Shown here: positions 20,778 to 31,594 of the stretch, one piece after another
How positions within the stretch are numbered: position 1 is the stretch's first letter
How the letters are laid out: every line of letters starts with the position of its first letter
Origin: Candidatus Latescibacterota bacterium
Lineage (GTDB): Bacteria > Latescibacterota > UBA2968 > UBA8231
Direction: 5' to 3'
Length of the DNA: 64,000 nt
NCBI GenBank assembly: GCA_965243025.1
Contig: CBDETY010000003.1
Coordinates: 4,064,001 to 4,128,000, forward strand
Position numbers and translations under genes: made by a program
The notes under the pieces: generated by a model
Told to the model about the DNA's origin: nothing
Database searches by the model: none
Seen by the model: the letters and a program-made list of their open reading frames with translations, nothing else

Positions 20778-20890
20778 CCCTGCCGGACTCTAGCCTGGAC
20801 TGCGAAACGTGAACCGACAACAACTAGGCATACGACGAAGAGTTTTCCGAACAATTTCCCTTTCTCCTATTCTCCTGGTATCAACCCATC

Positions 20891-22101
20891 TCACCTCTTT
20901 GCCTTGTACCGGCCTCCCATCTTGCTGGGCTGAATCAATCCATATGCCAGTGCGTTGACGTAAAGTTGGTTGGAATAACAGGGAGCATTCGAAATAAATC
21001 TCGGTACCCCTGAAATCGCTATCAATCGACCATCCAATTGCAAGCCAGCAAGGGGCGAAACCCCGGGACAGATTGAAGAACGGTCTCTGTATTCAGTAAT
21101 ATCGAAATAGGAGTGGAACAGGGGATGTCCCAATTCAACGGATACCATCTCAACCCGCGTACCAACCCTGCGCTCCAACTCCTGCTGAAGGTGTGAATAC
21201 TGCCCTCCTTTCAGAATGACGAACCCGCCTTCCCTCAGGTAACCCACCATAACATCGGTGGATCCCACATCGATGTGCTCCATATGCAGAAGGGGATACT
21301 TGCGAATGACCTGAAAGGGCAGCTTTCTCCGTTCGAAAAACAGGGGAAATCCATGGATGGGGTCGGGCACGGGTTCCCCTTTGAGGGGGATCCACTTCTT
21401 TGCCGCAGGCCCAGATGGTACCAATGGATCCGGTTCTCAAAAGGAGGCCAGGAGGGCAACAACTTTCCCCGCTCGATCATATCCAAGGCCTCTGCCAATT
21501 CCCTGCCACCACTCCCCCTGTAGCAAGGAATGTGCAGATATGCCTTCTTCAGTTTTCCGGTGACCGGATCGATCAGGACGACTGTTCGCTCCCGGGCTTC
21601 CGCAGCCAGCCCTACCAGGTCCAGGGCAACAGGCAACTCGGTCACATGCTCGAGAAGGCTCAGGCGCGCATCCAGCGTATCTCCTTCGCCTGCACTTCGC
21701 CTCCACTCCTTTTTCGCAAGTATGATTCCCTCGTCCAGCTGGGGGATTTCCAATTCAGGCAGAGGGGCCACTTCGTCCCTCCCCGGATCCATTTCCAGGT
21801 CGGACAGATCCTGCTCCGCGCGCAAGCGCTCAAGCAACTGATGCGGCACGGGAATCGGAGGACGAGGTTTCAGGCGTTCGATCTCCATCTTGCGAACAGG
21901 CACCCGGACCCTGAAAACCCGTTTCTCGAATTCCTCGGGAATCAGTAAATAAGCCAACCAGACCCCCAGTCCGTGCAGCAAGGTAGATGCCAGGAGAGCA
22001 ATGGTTGCCCGTCGATGTCCTGCGGACCTTGTCACCTTGGTAAGCGAACCCCGCGCTCTCGGGGATCCAATGTTTTGTTTACCTGAGATCAGGCAGCCCA
22101 A
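20891..22101 (-). pseudogene. DUF4159-like protein split across two frames
   Basis: C-part YLREGGF..HPLFHSYFDI..LAGLQLDGRL..VNALAYGL; N-part with TM helix in overlapping frame. Confidence 0.55.
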
Positions 22102-22126
22102 AAACTACCCGGAAGCCTTCAGGCCC

Positions 22127-22573
22127 TCACTTCCCCAAGTTGGCCAGCCTCTCGTTCAGCTCCCAGAGGGCCACCCGATTGCTGTCCCATGTAAGGAGGG
22201 ACACGGCTTTGTCGTAAGGCACCCACCTGACCTCGTCGTGTTCGAAGGACAGTACCAACTCCCGGTCCCCTACATCGACGGCGAACGAATGCTCGGGCAC
22301 AACGAACAGATCTTCCGGCCAGTGTTCGGTCCCCGAAAATGCTGTCCTTGGAACCGAAGCAACCGAATCCAGCTGAACGAACGCCAAGTCACCCGGTATG
22401 GACGCCTCTTCTTCCGCCTCCCGCCGGGCAGCCTGCATTGCGTCTTCCTGGTCCTCAACGCCGCCGGCGATGAACTGCCACATCTCCTCGTCCGAACGGT
22501 GAAACACCGCAAATTCGGGGTCAGATCCCATGCGGAATGGAATCACCAGCACTTGAAGCGGTTTTCTCGGCAT
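22127..22573 (-). CDS. NUDIX pyrophosphatase (NudB-like)
   Basis: WQFIAGGVE..AARREAEEE, LSFEH, WDSNRVALWEL. Confidence 0.9.
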   Translation of the reverse strand: MPRKPLQVLVIPFRMGSDPEFAVFHRSDEEMWQFIAGGVEDQEDAMQAARREAEEEASIPGDLAFVQLDSVASVPRTAFSGTEHWPEDLFVVPEHSFAVDVGDRELVLSFEHDEVRWVPYDKAVSLLTWDSNRVALWELNERLANLGK

Positions 22574-22592
22574 ATTCCTCGTTTCCCCGCGT

Positions 22593-23375
22593 TCACGCCA
22601 TCTCCGCCACCATCCACTGCATGGGGCGCCGCCGCATGACCCGGCTGAACGGGAGGTTCCCCGGTTCTGCGAGGAAGCAGAGAATCTCACCCGACGTGGA
22701 TGGCCGCATCACTGCCACATGGAGGCCGTCGGCCCAGGTGCACGGCCATTTCGGGGCGCCTATCGCAACGAGGTCGCAGTTGGACTGCACATGGCCGTCG
22801 CGGATGAGCGGCTGCATTGTCGTAACAAACGAGATGTGCGCTGGCCCGTCAGTGGTATCCCCGGCCAAACCGAACAGTTGCCGGACTCCTGCCTGGACGG
22901 AGTGCCCCAGCCGGACATGCTCTTTCAGTTCCTCCAGATCGCCGCGTACGGGATTGCCGTCGGCATCGTGTTCGTAGACCGTTCGCCAGCGGTCGCAGAC
23001 AAACCACCGGTATATCCCGTACGGATAGGCCTGGCTCTCATCCAGGCGCACATCGCCCGGCATCCACTTCACGTGTGAAAAGCTCCCGGACTCGTCGTAT
23101 TTGAAGATGCTGATGTATGGCTGCTCTATGTCCTTGCCGCGGTGCACATAGCTGTGGTGGTGGCTCATGAGTCCTGCGAACGCGCCATCCTCACCGGCAT
23201 AAGTCTGCTGGAAATACAGGGTTTCCTCGTACAGGTCCGTGGTCATGTAAAGCCGGAGATCCGCGCCACGGCGTACCGCTGCCGCCAACCCGGAAACCGA
23301 ACCATGGGACGGGGTCAGGTCCGTCTGCTGTTCAAGGGCAAGCGTCCAGCAGTGACCCATAAGTGCGCCCTCCAT
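22593..23375 (-). CDS. Hypothetical protein
   Basis: 260-aa ORF with plausible composition, co-oriented with the array. Confidence 0.6.
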   Translation of the reverse strand: MEGALMGHCWTLALEQQTDLTPSHGSVSGLAAAVRRGADLRLYMTTDLYEETLYFQQTYAGEDGAFAGLMSHHHSYVHRGKDIEQPYISIFKYDESGSFSHVKWMPGDVRLDESQAYPYGIYRWFVCDRWRTVYEHDADGNPVRGDLEELKEHVRLGHSVQAGVRQLFGLAGDTTDGPAHISFVTTMQPLIRDGHVQSNCDLVAIGAPKWPCTWADGLHVAVMRPSTSGEILCFLAEPGNLPFSRVMRRRPMQWMVAEMA

Positions 23376-23448
23376 TCGCGGCGGCGTGCCTGACTATACC
23401 AGGCCCATGCGGTATGTACACGTCTATCGGGGATATTCCGAAACAATG

Positions 23449-24003
23449 TCAAACGCTGGTCTTGGCCCAACGAGTGCTCGAGTTGTTTTCGACCGTGTCT
23501 TTCTGACACAGGTCGTGAGCGACAGCGTTCCATCGTCTGAATGCGCATTCCCCGCCGGTCTCCAGCGTGAAATGCACGAACACCGGGCCACGCAGCTTTT
23601 CCAGGCAACTTCTGGCCTGTTCAACTCCTTCACGCAGCGGGGGATGGTGCACCCGGCGCCAGCCATTGATGTAGTATGCCGTCCACAGATAGTCGGACAC
23701 TATCGTGATGCTCTCACCCGGCCGGCAATTCTCCAGACCCAGCAGGACACCGTCCAGTTCGGCAACCGCGCTGTTCGACCGTGATCCGCGCCGCCCCGCT
23801 ATCCGGTGCTCTTCGATTCCCGGACGCACAACGACAGCGGAAAACCTCCCGTCTCCGCCTCCATCCGTGAAGACCCAGGTTCGGCCCGAATCCGTTGACC
23901 ATTTCCGGCGCAGGGTGATCGGCCAGATTTCACGTTCGCGGTTGAAGGTGGCCAACCGGGTTGTCTGCACCCTGAGCGGGAATCTGTGGTCGGCCTGTCT
24001 CAC
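23449..24003 (-). CDS. RNase H (type 1)-like domain protein; start uncertain
   Basis: VFTDGG, AELDGV, IVSD, WNAVAH.L pattern. Confidence 0.55.
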   Translation of the reverse strand: MRQADHRFPLRVQTTRLATFNREREIWPITLRRKWSTDSGRTWVFTDGGGDGRFSAVVVRPGIEEHRIAGRRGSRSNSAVAELDGVLLGLENCRPGESITIVSDYLWTAYYINGWRRVHHPPLREGVEQARSCLEKLRGPVFVHFTLETGGECAFRRWNAVAHDLCQKDTVENNSSTRWAKTSV

Positions 24004-24099
24004 GTTGGGAAGCTTCAGGACTGGCGCTTACGTTTCGGGTTTTGAACCTGCCAAGCGCACTCAGGACAGGATGGCGGCATCGATGCCCAGTGCAGCGCC

Positions 24100-25461
24100 C
24101 TACGGCATTGCAGCTATCTCGGACACCTCGAACGCAACCTCGGAATCGTGCGCGTACAGCAGCACCCGGTCGCCGCACTGTTCCGGACAACGATCGATGA
24201 GCGTCCTGCGGCCGTCGATGCAAACGTCAACGATGTCGTCCCTGAGAACTACCTCCAGGGAGAAGGGGCGGTCCAGCCCATCGACCCCAAAAATCCACTG
24301 ATCGTTCAGGCTGGCGACCCGGTCACAGGGTGAGAAGCGCAGGTCGTACCCGGAGTCGAACGTCTCACCCGCCCTGAGACGAAGCCCGAAATCATGGGAG
24401 GCGGCCCGAGGAAGAACGCGGATTGCCAGCCGCGCGTTGTGCGGAATGCCTGGGCACCTGGCCGCTGCCAGGCCTTGCCGGGCTGCCGCGTGGACCCTGC
24501 GTCCCTCAACTCTCGTATCGGCATCGAGCGCGGACAGTTTCAGAGCGGACAACGGCTCACCGCCGGGGGTCAACTCGCCCGGAAACTTCGCACCAAGGGT
24601 GCCGTCGTCATGTTGGATCAGTTCCCGGAAAACGGCGTTGCCTCCCCACTGGAACGGTCCATCGTCCCGGTTGTTCTCGCGTGTGCCGATCCAGGCAACG
24701 CCAAGGCGTCTGCCTTCCCCGAACGGCGCTGTCTTCATTACCCGTGCCGCATCTCCGTCAATGGCGTCGACCTGCGGCCGAAGCCAGGGTCCGAACGGCT
24801 CTCGCGACATTCTGTAGCGGGCGACGCCGCGGTTGCTGAAAAGGAGATAGTACCAACCGTTCCAGAAGAAATAGTCCGGACATTCGGGCGCCCCCGGCAG
24901 ACCCGGGACGATGAACGGCTTCCTGTTCTCCCAGTGTTTCAAGTCGGGTGAGACCAGGTGGGCAAGGCACCCGCCGCGATCGATGATGGGCCAGTCTTCC
25001 AGCCACGCGGTAACGAGCATGTGGAACAGCCCCTCACTGCGATCCTGGAAGACGAACGGGTCACGGTAATGGACCGGGTCGTAGCCGGGAGGCGGCGAAG
25101 CGAAGGGGTTGGGTTCGGCCTTCTCGAAGCGGACGCCGTCGTGACTGGCGGCAAGACCCAGGTGCTGCGTCCGGTCGCGCATTCGCGTCGCGTAGAATCC
25201 GTAGTATGTCCCCTCGTGGAAGAACACCGAACCGGTGCAGATGGAACCTTCACGTTCCTCGGTGATCGGGATGGCGAGCGGATGGTGGTCCCAGTGAACG
25301 AGGTCCGTCGTGCTGGCCTGTGCCCACTGATGGCCTCCCAACCCGCCGAGCGCCCCGTGGTGGCCTTCGTCCAGAAGGTAGAAGAGCCGGAAGACACCAT
25401 CGTGGCAGAAGGGCATGCAGTCGCCGACGAAGAAGTCGCCGTCAGGTGTGAAGTATTGCAT
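24100..25461 (-). CDS. Glycoside hydrolase family 32-like protein
   Basis: GDCMP, STTDLVHW, CTGS, YRDP and PECPD motifs. Confidence 0.85.
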   Translation of the reverse strand: MQYFTPDGDFFVGDCMPFCHDGVFRLFYLLDEGHHGALGGLGGHQWAQASTTDLVHWDHHPLAIPITEEREGSICTGSVFFHEGTYYGFYATRMRDRTQHLGLAASHDGVRFEKAEPNPFASPPPGYDPVHYRDPFVFQDRSEGLFHMLVTAWLEDWPIIDRGGCLAHLVSPDLKHWENRKPFIVPGLPGAPECPDYFFWNGWYYLLFSNRGVARYRMSREPFGPWLRPQVDAIDGDAARVMKTAPFGEGRRLGVAWIGTRENNRDDGPFQWGGNAVFRELIQHDDGTLGAKFPGELTPGGEPLSALKLSALDADTRVEGRRVHAAARQGLAAARCPGIPHNARLAIRVLPRAASHDFGLRLRAGETFDSGYDLRFSPCDRVASLNDQWIFGVDGLDRPFSLEVVLRDDIVDVCIDGRRTLIDRCPEQCGDRVLLYAHDSEVAFEVSEIAAMP

Positions 25462-25579
25462 GGTTCTTGTCCATCCATCAGGAGGACCGGCCCAGCGTAA
25501 AACGACGGAGAGCTAACCCTTGCCCGCAAAACCGTGGTTTTCAGGGCGAGGTCCGCGCCAGGTCCGTATTGTTGCTCCC

Positions 25580-25921
25580 TCAGTCCCCGCCAATACCGAT
25601 GTGGTTCCCATCCGGATCATGGAGGACGAAGTCGGTCATTTCGAATTTTTCGCGAAAGGCGATGTCATCTGCGAATTCAACACCTCTTGCGGACAACTCC
25701 TCATGGATTCCCCTGACATCATCTACCCAGATGTAGCAGCTTCCTGTCCCGGCCGGCCGTCGCTGCGAAGCAAGCTGCAAGCCTATTCTGACGGCGCCGC
25801 GTCGAACCAGGGCAAAAACGGGGTGATTCTGGAAACCGACACTGAACGCCAGCTTGTCCCGATAGAACCCGACAGCTTTCTCCACATCCGATACCGGAAG
25901 TGTGGGCGCAATCTCTTTCAT
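25580..25921 (-). CDS. VOC/glyoxalase family protein
   Basis: PTLPVSDVEKAVGFY, DPDGNHI. Confidence 0.85.
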   Translation of the reverse strand: MKEIAPTLPVSDVEKAVGFYRDKLAFSVGFQNHPVFALVRRGAVRIGLQLASQRRPAGTGSCYIWVDDVRGIHEELSARGVEFADDIAFREKFEMTDFVLHDPDGNHIGIGGD

Positions 25922-26000
25922 TCTGGAACCCCTTGTGAACGTTGGGTTTTGCAGCTACACGGTGATGGACAGCTTCTCCGTTGGTCATGGAGTCAAAACC

Positions 26001-26762
26001 CTACCCTGTCCTCAGAAGCTTCCTGGCGGATTCAGGCCAGTCTCGCTTGAGCTCGGGGGCTATCGGAAATCGCTCGTGCGCATGAGGGAACACCCGCACG
26101 TAGCAAATGTCGAGCATCGGACGAATGGTGTCGCTTCTGTTCGGCGTACGAGCGTGCCACAGCCGCATGTCACGCAACAGCAGGGAGCCCATGGGCATGG
26201 TCGCCTGCAACGATGGAAGGTGTCTCCCCCGCTCTCCGAGATGCCTTACATCCGATGGAGGGTTGTCCAGGATAAGGTGTGAACCGGGCCAGATCCTGGT
26301 GGCTCCATTTTCCAGGCTGAAATCGATCAACGGAATGTCAACGTACACACCTGAGACTGGAAGAACGCACGACAGTTCGGGAAACAGGTGGTCTCCATCT
26401 CGGTGAGGGTCGCGTTCAGCTTGTTCACCGGCGCTGTCCGGTGGAGAGGCGTGAATCAATACCAGAGCCAAAGCGGTCTTCTTGCCCATCGCGGCTTCCA
26501 GCACCTGAAGAGCGAAGGGGTTGGCGAGAAGCTCATGCCGGAGAAATGGCATTTCCATGGGCGACCGGATCTCCCGGCCCCTGCCATTCTCGATTGCCTC
26601 GAAAAAGGCGGATTGCACTTCCTCGACAATCTCGAGAGGCACGGCGTTCTCGAGGATGACGACGCCAGCTTCGCGCAGATGCCGGAGAGCGAGTTTCCCG
26701 GTCGATTCACACATGCTTTCCGAAACTCGCTCCTGATCAGTGATCTTGATGCGCATCTTCAA
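26001..26762 (-). CDS. PhyH family dioxygenase
   Basis: PHRD, ENGATRIWPGSH, RLWHA.TPN.S...RPML. Confidence 0.85.
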   Translation of the reverse strand: MKMRIKITDQERVSESMCESTGKLALRHLREAGVVILENAVPLEIVEEVQSAFFEAIENGRGREIRSPMEMPFLRHELLANPFALQVLEAAMGKKTALALVLIHASPPDSAGEQAERDPHRDGDHLFPELSCVLPVSGVYVDIPLIDFSLENGATRIWPGSHLILDNPPSDVRHLGERGRHLPSLQATMPMGSLLLRDMRLWHARTPNRSDTIRPMLDICYVRVFPHAHERFPIAPELKRDWPESARKLLRTG

Positions 26763-27534
26763 ACATCCTGAGAGTATGTCCCTGGTCAGTAATTCCAGGT
26801 AACGATGTTCTGCAGAATTCGCCGACTGCCTTCAGCTCTCCAACGATTGGCATGCTGTTTCGAAGCCTCTCCTCGGCATTCAGAAACACCTCGGGGAGGT
26901 CATTTCGGACAACCTCGCGTGTTCCGTTGTCCCCCTCCACCCTGAACCCCTGGAGACTCAGTAATCCGGGATCCACCTCCGAACAGATCAATAACTCATG
27001 ATGTCCCTGCATCGGGAGCAGATGATCCAGGCGAATCTTCAAGTTGTCGCGAAATGAAAGGCTGGTCGCCCAGTATGCTTCGGACGAAACCGGTTCCATC
27101 TTTTCCCTGAAGTAGGCTTTTCTCTCCTCCGTATCGAAGTACCCTGCCTCCTCCGGGCAGTACACCATATCTGAAAACTGGACGCAGGCTGTCCAGGTCC
27201 GTTCAGTGATATGGTCTGTGGCCTCAATGCCGAGGGTCACGCCATTGACTTTGCCATTCACAATTCCGCCAGAGCCTCCTTGCCTGGCGCGGTTCATGAA
27301 ACCGAAAATGCACCGTCTCGGATCCACCCAGTCTGGAATGGATTTGGGCCGGTACCGGTAGTGAGAATTGTAGATGGTTTCATGACCATCTCTTGCCCTG
27401 CTGAATTTGGGAATGAGCCCTTTCTGGAAAATACGGGCGAGGTTTTCAAGCTGACTTCCGTGGTAGATCAACCCGGTTTCATCAAAGTCAGGCAGAAGCC
27501 AGTTCATTTCTTCCCATGTCATGACACCCGGCAT
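26737..27534 (-). CDS. Hypothetical protein, possible ADP-ribosyltransferase-like fold
   Basis: IYHGSQLENLARIFQKGLIP; GGAGG RBS before ATG 27534. Confidence 0.5.
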   Translation of the reverse strand: MPGVMTWEEMNWLLPDFDETGLIYHGSQLENLARIFQKGLIPKFSRARDGHETIYNSHYRYRPKSIPDWVDPRRCIFGFMNRARQGGSGGIVNGKVNGVTLGIEATDHITERTWTACVQFSDMVYCPEEAGYFDTEERKAYFREKMEPVSSEAYWATSLSFRDNLKIRLDHLLPMQGHHELLICSEVDPGLLSLQGFRVEGDNGTREVVRNDLPEVFLNAEERLRNSMPIVGELKAVGEFCRTSLPGITDQGHTLRMFEDAHQDH

Positions 27535-27556
27535 ATGGTCGCCTCCCTCACCGAAG

Positions 27557-28444
27557 TCACAGGAATCTGTCGAGGACTGCCCGCAGCCGGTCGTGAGGAA
27601 CGCCCCCTTGACCTTCCACCATCGCCAGGTAGAACGGCAGGCGCCATAATTCGCGCCGCTCGGTAAAACCTTCATCGATCGGCAGCACGCCGGTGTATGC
27701 GGAAAACAACCCCTCTGGCACGGGCTGAAAATAATCGACGAAGGCCAGGTCCAGCTCGGGGTGGCCGAAATGGACATTCGGGTCTACGAAAACAGGCCCC
27801 TGGCGGGTACTGAGGATGTTGTTCTGGTGTGCGTCTCCGTGCAAAAGGGAGGGGTCGACAGAAGGACCCCGGATTGAATCGAGGCGATCCCTCAGCCGCC
27901 CGACTTCCTTCGCAAGATCAACTGTCAGGTGTCCTTTATCCAGGCCGTACGCAATCTTCGGTTCGATCCAACGTTCCCAGAAGAAGGTATCCCAACTGTC
28001 GAGCGGTCGATTGTCCTGCCGGAAATCGCCCCAGTAGCTATCCCCGTCGAAACCGAATCGGCGCCCTTTCACAGAGTGGATTCGGGCCAGGGACCGCCCC
28101 GCTTCCTCCCACCCTTTCTCCGAGCGTTCGATGACATCTACAGCTTTCAGCACCAACAGCCTTCCATGGGGTATCGTCAGGCAGTCGACGACCTCGGGAG
28201 TCAGGACACCGGCCATTTCAGAAATTGCCGACAACCCTGCAGCTTCGCAGCGGAACAGCTCGGCGGCGCAAGGGCCAACTCCGAGTTTTGCAAAGACTCC
28301 GAACTCTCCGTCCGACAGGACGGCGGCTGGGTGAGAAGACCTCCCGGCCTGGTCCTGAACCTCGCTGACGTGCCACTCCCTGCCCAGATAGCGGCTGACG
28401 CTGGCTTCGATCAGGGCTCGATGATCGAGTAGCCTTCTCTGCAT
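27557..28444 (-). CDS. Fructosamine kinase family protein
   Basis: EAAGL, PSLLHGD, VFVDP..FGHPELDLA. Confidence 0.9.
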   Translation of the reverse strand: MQRRLLDHRALIEASVSRYLGREWHVSEVQDQAGRSSHPAAVLSDGEFGVFAKLGVGPCAAELFRCEAAGLSAISEMAGVLTPEVVDCLTIPHGRLLVLKAVDVIERSEKGWEEAGRSLARIHSVKGRRFGFDGDSYWGDFRQDNRPLDSWDTFFWERWIEPKIAYGLDKGHLTVDLAKEVGRLRDRLDSIRGPSVDPSLLHGDAHQNNILSTRQGPVFVDPNVHFGHPELDLAFVDYFQPVPEGLFSAYTGVLPIDEGFTERRELWRLPFYLAMVEGQGGVPHDRLRAVLDRFL

Positions 28445-28612
28445 GCTGTTGTCAGCCGGGCAGGCATCGTGGTTCCCAGGCCTGGCCTCATGCCCTCAAT
28501 GATTGCAGGAACTCTGACTCGCGGGCAAGATGTTCCCTCCAACCCCAGGTCATGATGCGAATTATCTTCAGGATCTTCGAGCATGACCTGGCCTGTTGTC
28601 ATCTTGCCGGTC

Positions 28613-29446
28613 TCACTCGACTGGATGCTCGGAGAGCTCCTCGATCACACCCGAGAGATAGCTGTTTGTGTGGGGGGCGTCCGAGTCGTAAAGCCAGCTG
28701 TTCTTCTCAAATCCGTACTGCTTAAAGTCCTGGCGATACAATTCATAAACGGAATCCGCGAGTTCCCGGTCATAGGCGAGAGGATGGTGCACGGGGAGCG
28801 TCACATTTCGCCTGACGGAAACCCTCCTGGTGACCTCCTGCGGTGCGTTGAAACGCTGGAGAATCCCCCGAAATTCGTCGACGAAGTAGAAAAACCATTT
28901 TATGGAATCATAGTTGATGAGGTCGTGCGCCAGGATTTTGGACTGCAGATTGAAATGACCATCGCCACCGACTCGATCCCAATGGGAAACCAGGTAGCGC
29001 ACGAAGTCTCTGAACGCGGGAATTGCCTTCCAGCCCTGGGGATGGATCGGGTAGTCGTATGCCGCCTTGATTTCCTCCTGTAACCAGCCGTATTCGTCTC
29101 CCCAGATCCCGACTTTGGACTTGTAGGCCGACAGGAGACGGTCATAGGGATTTCTGACAAACGCAAAGCGGAACCATTCCGGGGAGGTCAGCATCTCCAC
29201 GTTCTCATCCACGGTGAAGTCACTCAGGTGCAGGCCTCGATCGTGAATGTCTCCGAGATCCTCGGGATCTGGCTTGCCTTCCAACTGGTTCAACAGAAGT
29301 TTGATGGTCGAGCAAGCCACCTTCGGTACAGTCATGCAGATATACTTGTGCTTGACAGACACCCACGAGTGATACGAAAAGCTCTGGTGGAGGTCGGTCT
29401 CACGTGCTTCTGAAATTTGGGCTGCCAGTGCTTCAGTGTCAGTCAT
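28613..29446 (-). CDS. Sulfotransferase family 2 protein
   Basis: VPKVACSTIK, FAFVRNPYDRLLSAY, YRQDF. Confidence 0.88.
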   Translation of the reverse strand: MTDTEALAAQISEARETDLHQSFSYHSWVSVKHKYICMTVPKVACSTIKLLLNQLEGKPDPEDLGDIHDRGLHLSDFTVDENVEMLTSPEWFRFAFVRNPYDRLLSAYKSKVGIWGDEYGWLQEEIKAAYDYPIHPQGWKAIPAFRDFVRYLVSHWDRVGGDGHFNLQSKILAHDLINYDSIKWFFYFVDEFRGILQRFNAPQEVTRRVSVRRNVTLPVHHPLAYDRELADSVYELYRQDFKQYGFEKNSWLYDSDAPHTNSYLSGVIEELSEHPVE

Positions 29447-29715
29447 TCCGGCACCATGGGGATACGATAGACTTGGAAACCACCGCTCTGCGTGGGTATA
29501 TCTCTATCTATTCTGAGAGACGCGCCGAAACATTGTCAACCAAATTTTCCCAAGTTGCCTTGACCTCCTCACAACTCACGATCCCGCACATGCGGGTTGG
29601 CGCAGCCCGGAGGCCAAGCGACGGGGGACGAATCGGGAGATATACGATATGGGATTCCGGCTGTTCAGCCGTCCTCCGTGGTGGTGCAGATGAAAGGTTG
29701 ATACCTGGAGTTTGG

Positions 29716-30624
29716 TTAGCCAAGGGTGATCCTCAATACTGGACACTTCCGGCGAGCTCCGCGGGGAAGGGTTCCGATGGCATCGACTTTCGTTCCCATC
29801 TGTTCGAACTGCCTGCGAATCTCATCGCACATGTCCATGGAAATCAGCAGTATCAGCCGTCCGGTGTTCTTCAAGACCCGTAACAGCTCAGGCAACGAGT
29901 CCATGACCGCCTGACGGCAGGAGTTCCGAAAGGGAGGTTCCGTTACGATCAGATCGAAATGGCCGCTCGGTGCTGGCAGGTTTCTGGCATCGGCAAGGAC
30001 GTACGATTTCGGGAAGTTCACGGAGAGGCCGGGAAACAGGCTGTCATCGATATCGGACACGATGACCGTGAGTCCACGACGTCTCCCCTCGAGAGCAAGC
30101 CCGCCAAACCCGGCAAACGGATCCAGGACGACATCCGATGGCTTTGGATCAGCGACGTTGAAAAGAAACCGGGCATCCAGGGCAGACACGGCTCGATGCC
30201 AGTTGTGTCCTGACACGACCCGCCTGTCTCCATTCTGAAAGATCTCGAACTGCCGGTTGCTCGGGGCATACGCCAGCAGCGCCTCCTTGTCCTGAACGTA
30301 AACTTCTGTCTGATGCACCTTGTAGTCACCAATCCGAATCCAGCCAAGAAGCCACCGTCCGCTCGGAACGGCAGAGATCTCCCCTCCACGAAAGGGTTCG
30401 AAATGCTGGCCGAGGATTGCTTCAGTAAACCCGAGGTCGCTTGCCAGTGCCGCCACCCGATCGGGAATGAGCGGAAGCTGGATCGACATCCGATGCCGCG
30501 ACGGCCGGTCCTTCTTCAGTTCGAGACCAAACCGTTGGTAGACAGCCAGGAATTCCGTCTTCGCCAACTCATACGGAATGCCGATTCCTCCACGGCTGGT
30601 CCGGAAGTAAATCTCGTACCGCAT
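29716..30624 (-). CDS. SAM methyltransferase (Trm11/N6-like)
   Basis: VLDPFAGFG, SDID, DLIVTEPPF. Confidence 0.75.
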   Translation of the reverse strand: MRYEIYFRTSRGGIGIPYELAKTEFLAVYQRFGLELKKDRPSRHRMSIQLPLIPDRVAALASDLGFTEAILGQHFEPFRGGEISAVPSGRWLLGWIRIGDYKVHQTEVYVQDKEALLAYAPSNRQFEIFQNGDRRVVSGHNWHRAVSALDARFLFNVADPKPSDVVLDPFAGFGGLALEGRRRGLTVIVSDIDDSLFPGLSVNFPKSYVLADARNLPAPSGHFDLIVTEPPFRNSCRQAVMDSLPELLRVLKNTGRLILLISMDMCDEIRRQFEQMGTKVDAIGTLPRGARRKCPVLRITLG

Positions 30625-30647
30625 CTCGCCTCAGACCCGGACAGGCG

Positions 30648-31436
30648 TCAATGCCCGGTTCTGGTAATTCGTTGTGTAATGACAATCCGGGGCGCACTGC
30701 CGCAGTTCGGAGCCGCGGCATGGAAGATCCAGGGGTGCATGAGTATGACATCTCCGGCTTCGCCGGTGAACTCGACTGCCTTCACTGAAACCCCGTCAAA
30801 TCCGACCCCATTTCGCAGGTAGCGTTCCTCGCGGTCGACAGTGGGGTCGCGAGACCACAGGTCTCTCAGGCTGGGCACCGCCTTGTCAACGGCTTTCCGG
30901 ATGTCCCCGGAACGGCCTTCTCCGATAAGCTCCGGGTACTTGGCGAGGCGACGGACAAGCCGGTGCGACCCCGACAAAGCAACAGTTGCGCCCCCCTTGG
31001 GGACGAGCGGCTCCAGAATGGCGAAAACCTGAATACCGGGAATCTCGCCAGCTCCTGGCCAAACAGCGCAACCAGCCAGATCCAAATGCCACGATTTGTC
31101 AGGTAGAGACCAGGGACCTTTCGAAGGAAAGGAAATCAGAACGGATCCCCAAGGAACCGGCTTTTCCCAGCAGCCCGGCCCAAGCAGATCGTCTATCGCA
31201 TCCTGGACTGCGGGACTGCAAGTGGGGCCGAAAATTCCGGACCGGGCAAGTTTATTGATTCCCTTGGGGTTCATCGCGGGCCAGGTCTTGGGATCACCGC
31301 GGAGTGCCCCGCACCGCTGTTTCAGGTCCTCCCAAATCCGGGCAAGCACCAGTTCAACGTCTCCTTCTGGTACCGCCCCGCGAAGACGCAGAAAACCAAG
31401 ATGGTCAAATTGGGATCTCTCGGTCGGCGTCAACAT
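30648..31436 (-). CDS. PhyH family dioxygenase
   Basis: FDHLGFL, WHLD, GSH, GDVILMHPWIFHA. Confidence 0.85.
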   Translation of the reverse strand: MLTPTERSQFDHLGFLRLRGAVPEGDVELVLARIWEDLKQRCGALRGDPKTWPAMNPKGINKLARSGIFGPTCSPAVQDAIDDLLGPGCWEKPVPWGSVLISFPSKGPWSLPDKSWHLDLAGCAVWPGAGEIPGIQVFAILEPLVPKGGATVALSGSHRLVRRLAKYPELIGEGRSGDIRKAVDKAVPSLRDLWSRDPTVDREERYLRNGVGFDGVSVKAVEFTGEAGDVILMHPWIFHAAAPNCGSAPRIVITQRITRTGH

Positions 31437-31594
31437 TGCTGTCTTCGGTTCGTAGGCTTTCAGTGACGATCCACAACACCGGCTCTGACGGTCCGCGTTG
31501 GGAGGCCGAATGAAGCGCCGGGAAACGTAGAGTCGGCTATGCGATCCTTCGAGCGTACAGCACAGCGTCCCCGTTTGTTTTCACGCCGAAGGCC

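Noticed and set aside
15421-25500. Discrete attC sites in the far-left part of the array
   Set aside because: Only vague GC-rich hairpins (e.g. near 19340); not callable, so the left boundary rests on strand and composition alone
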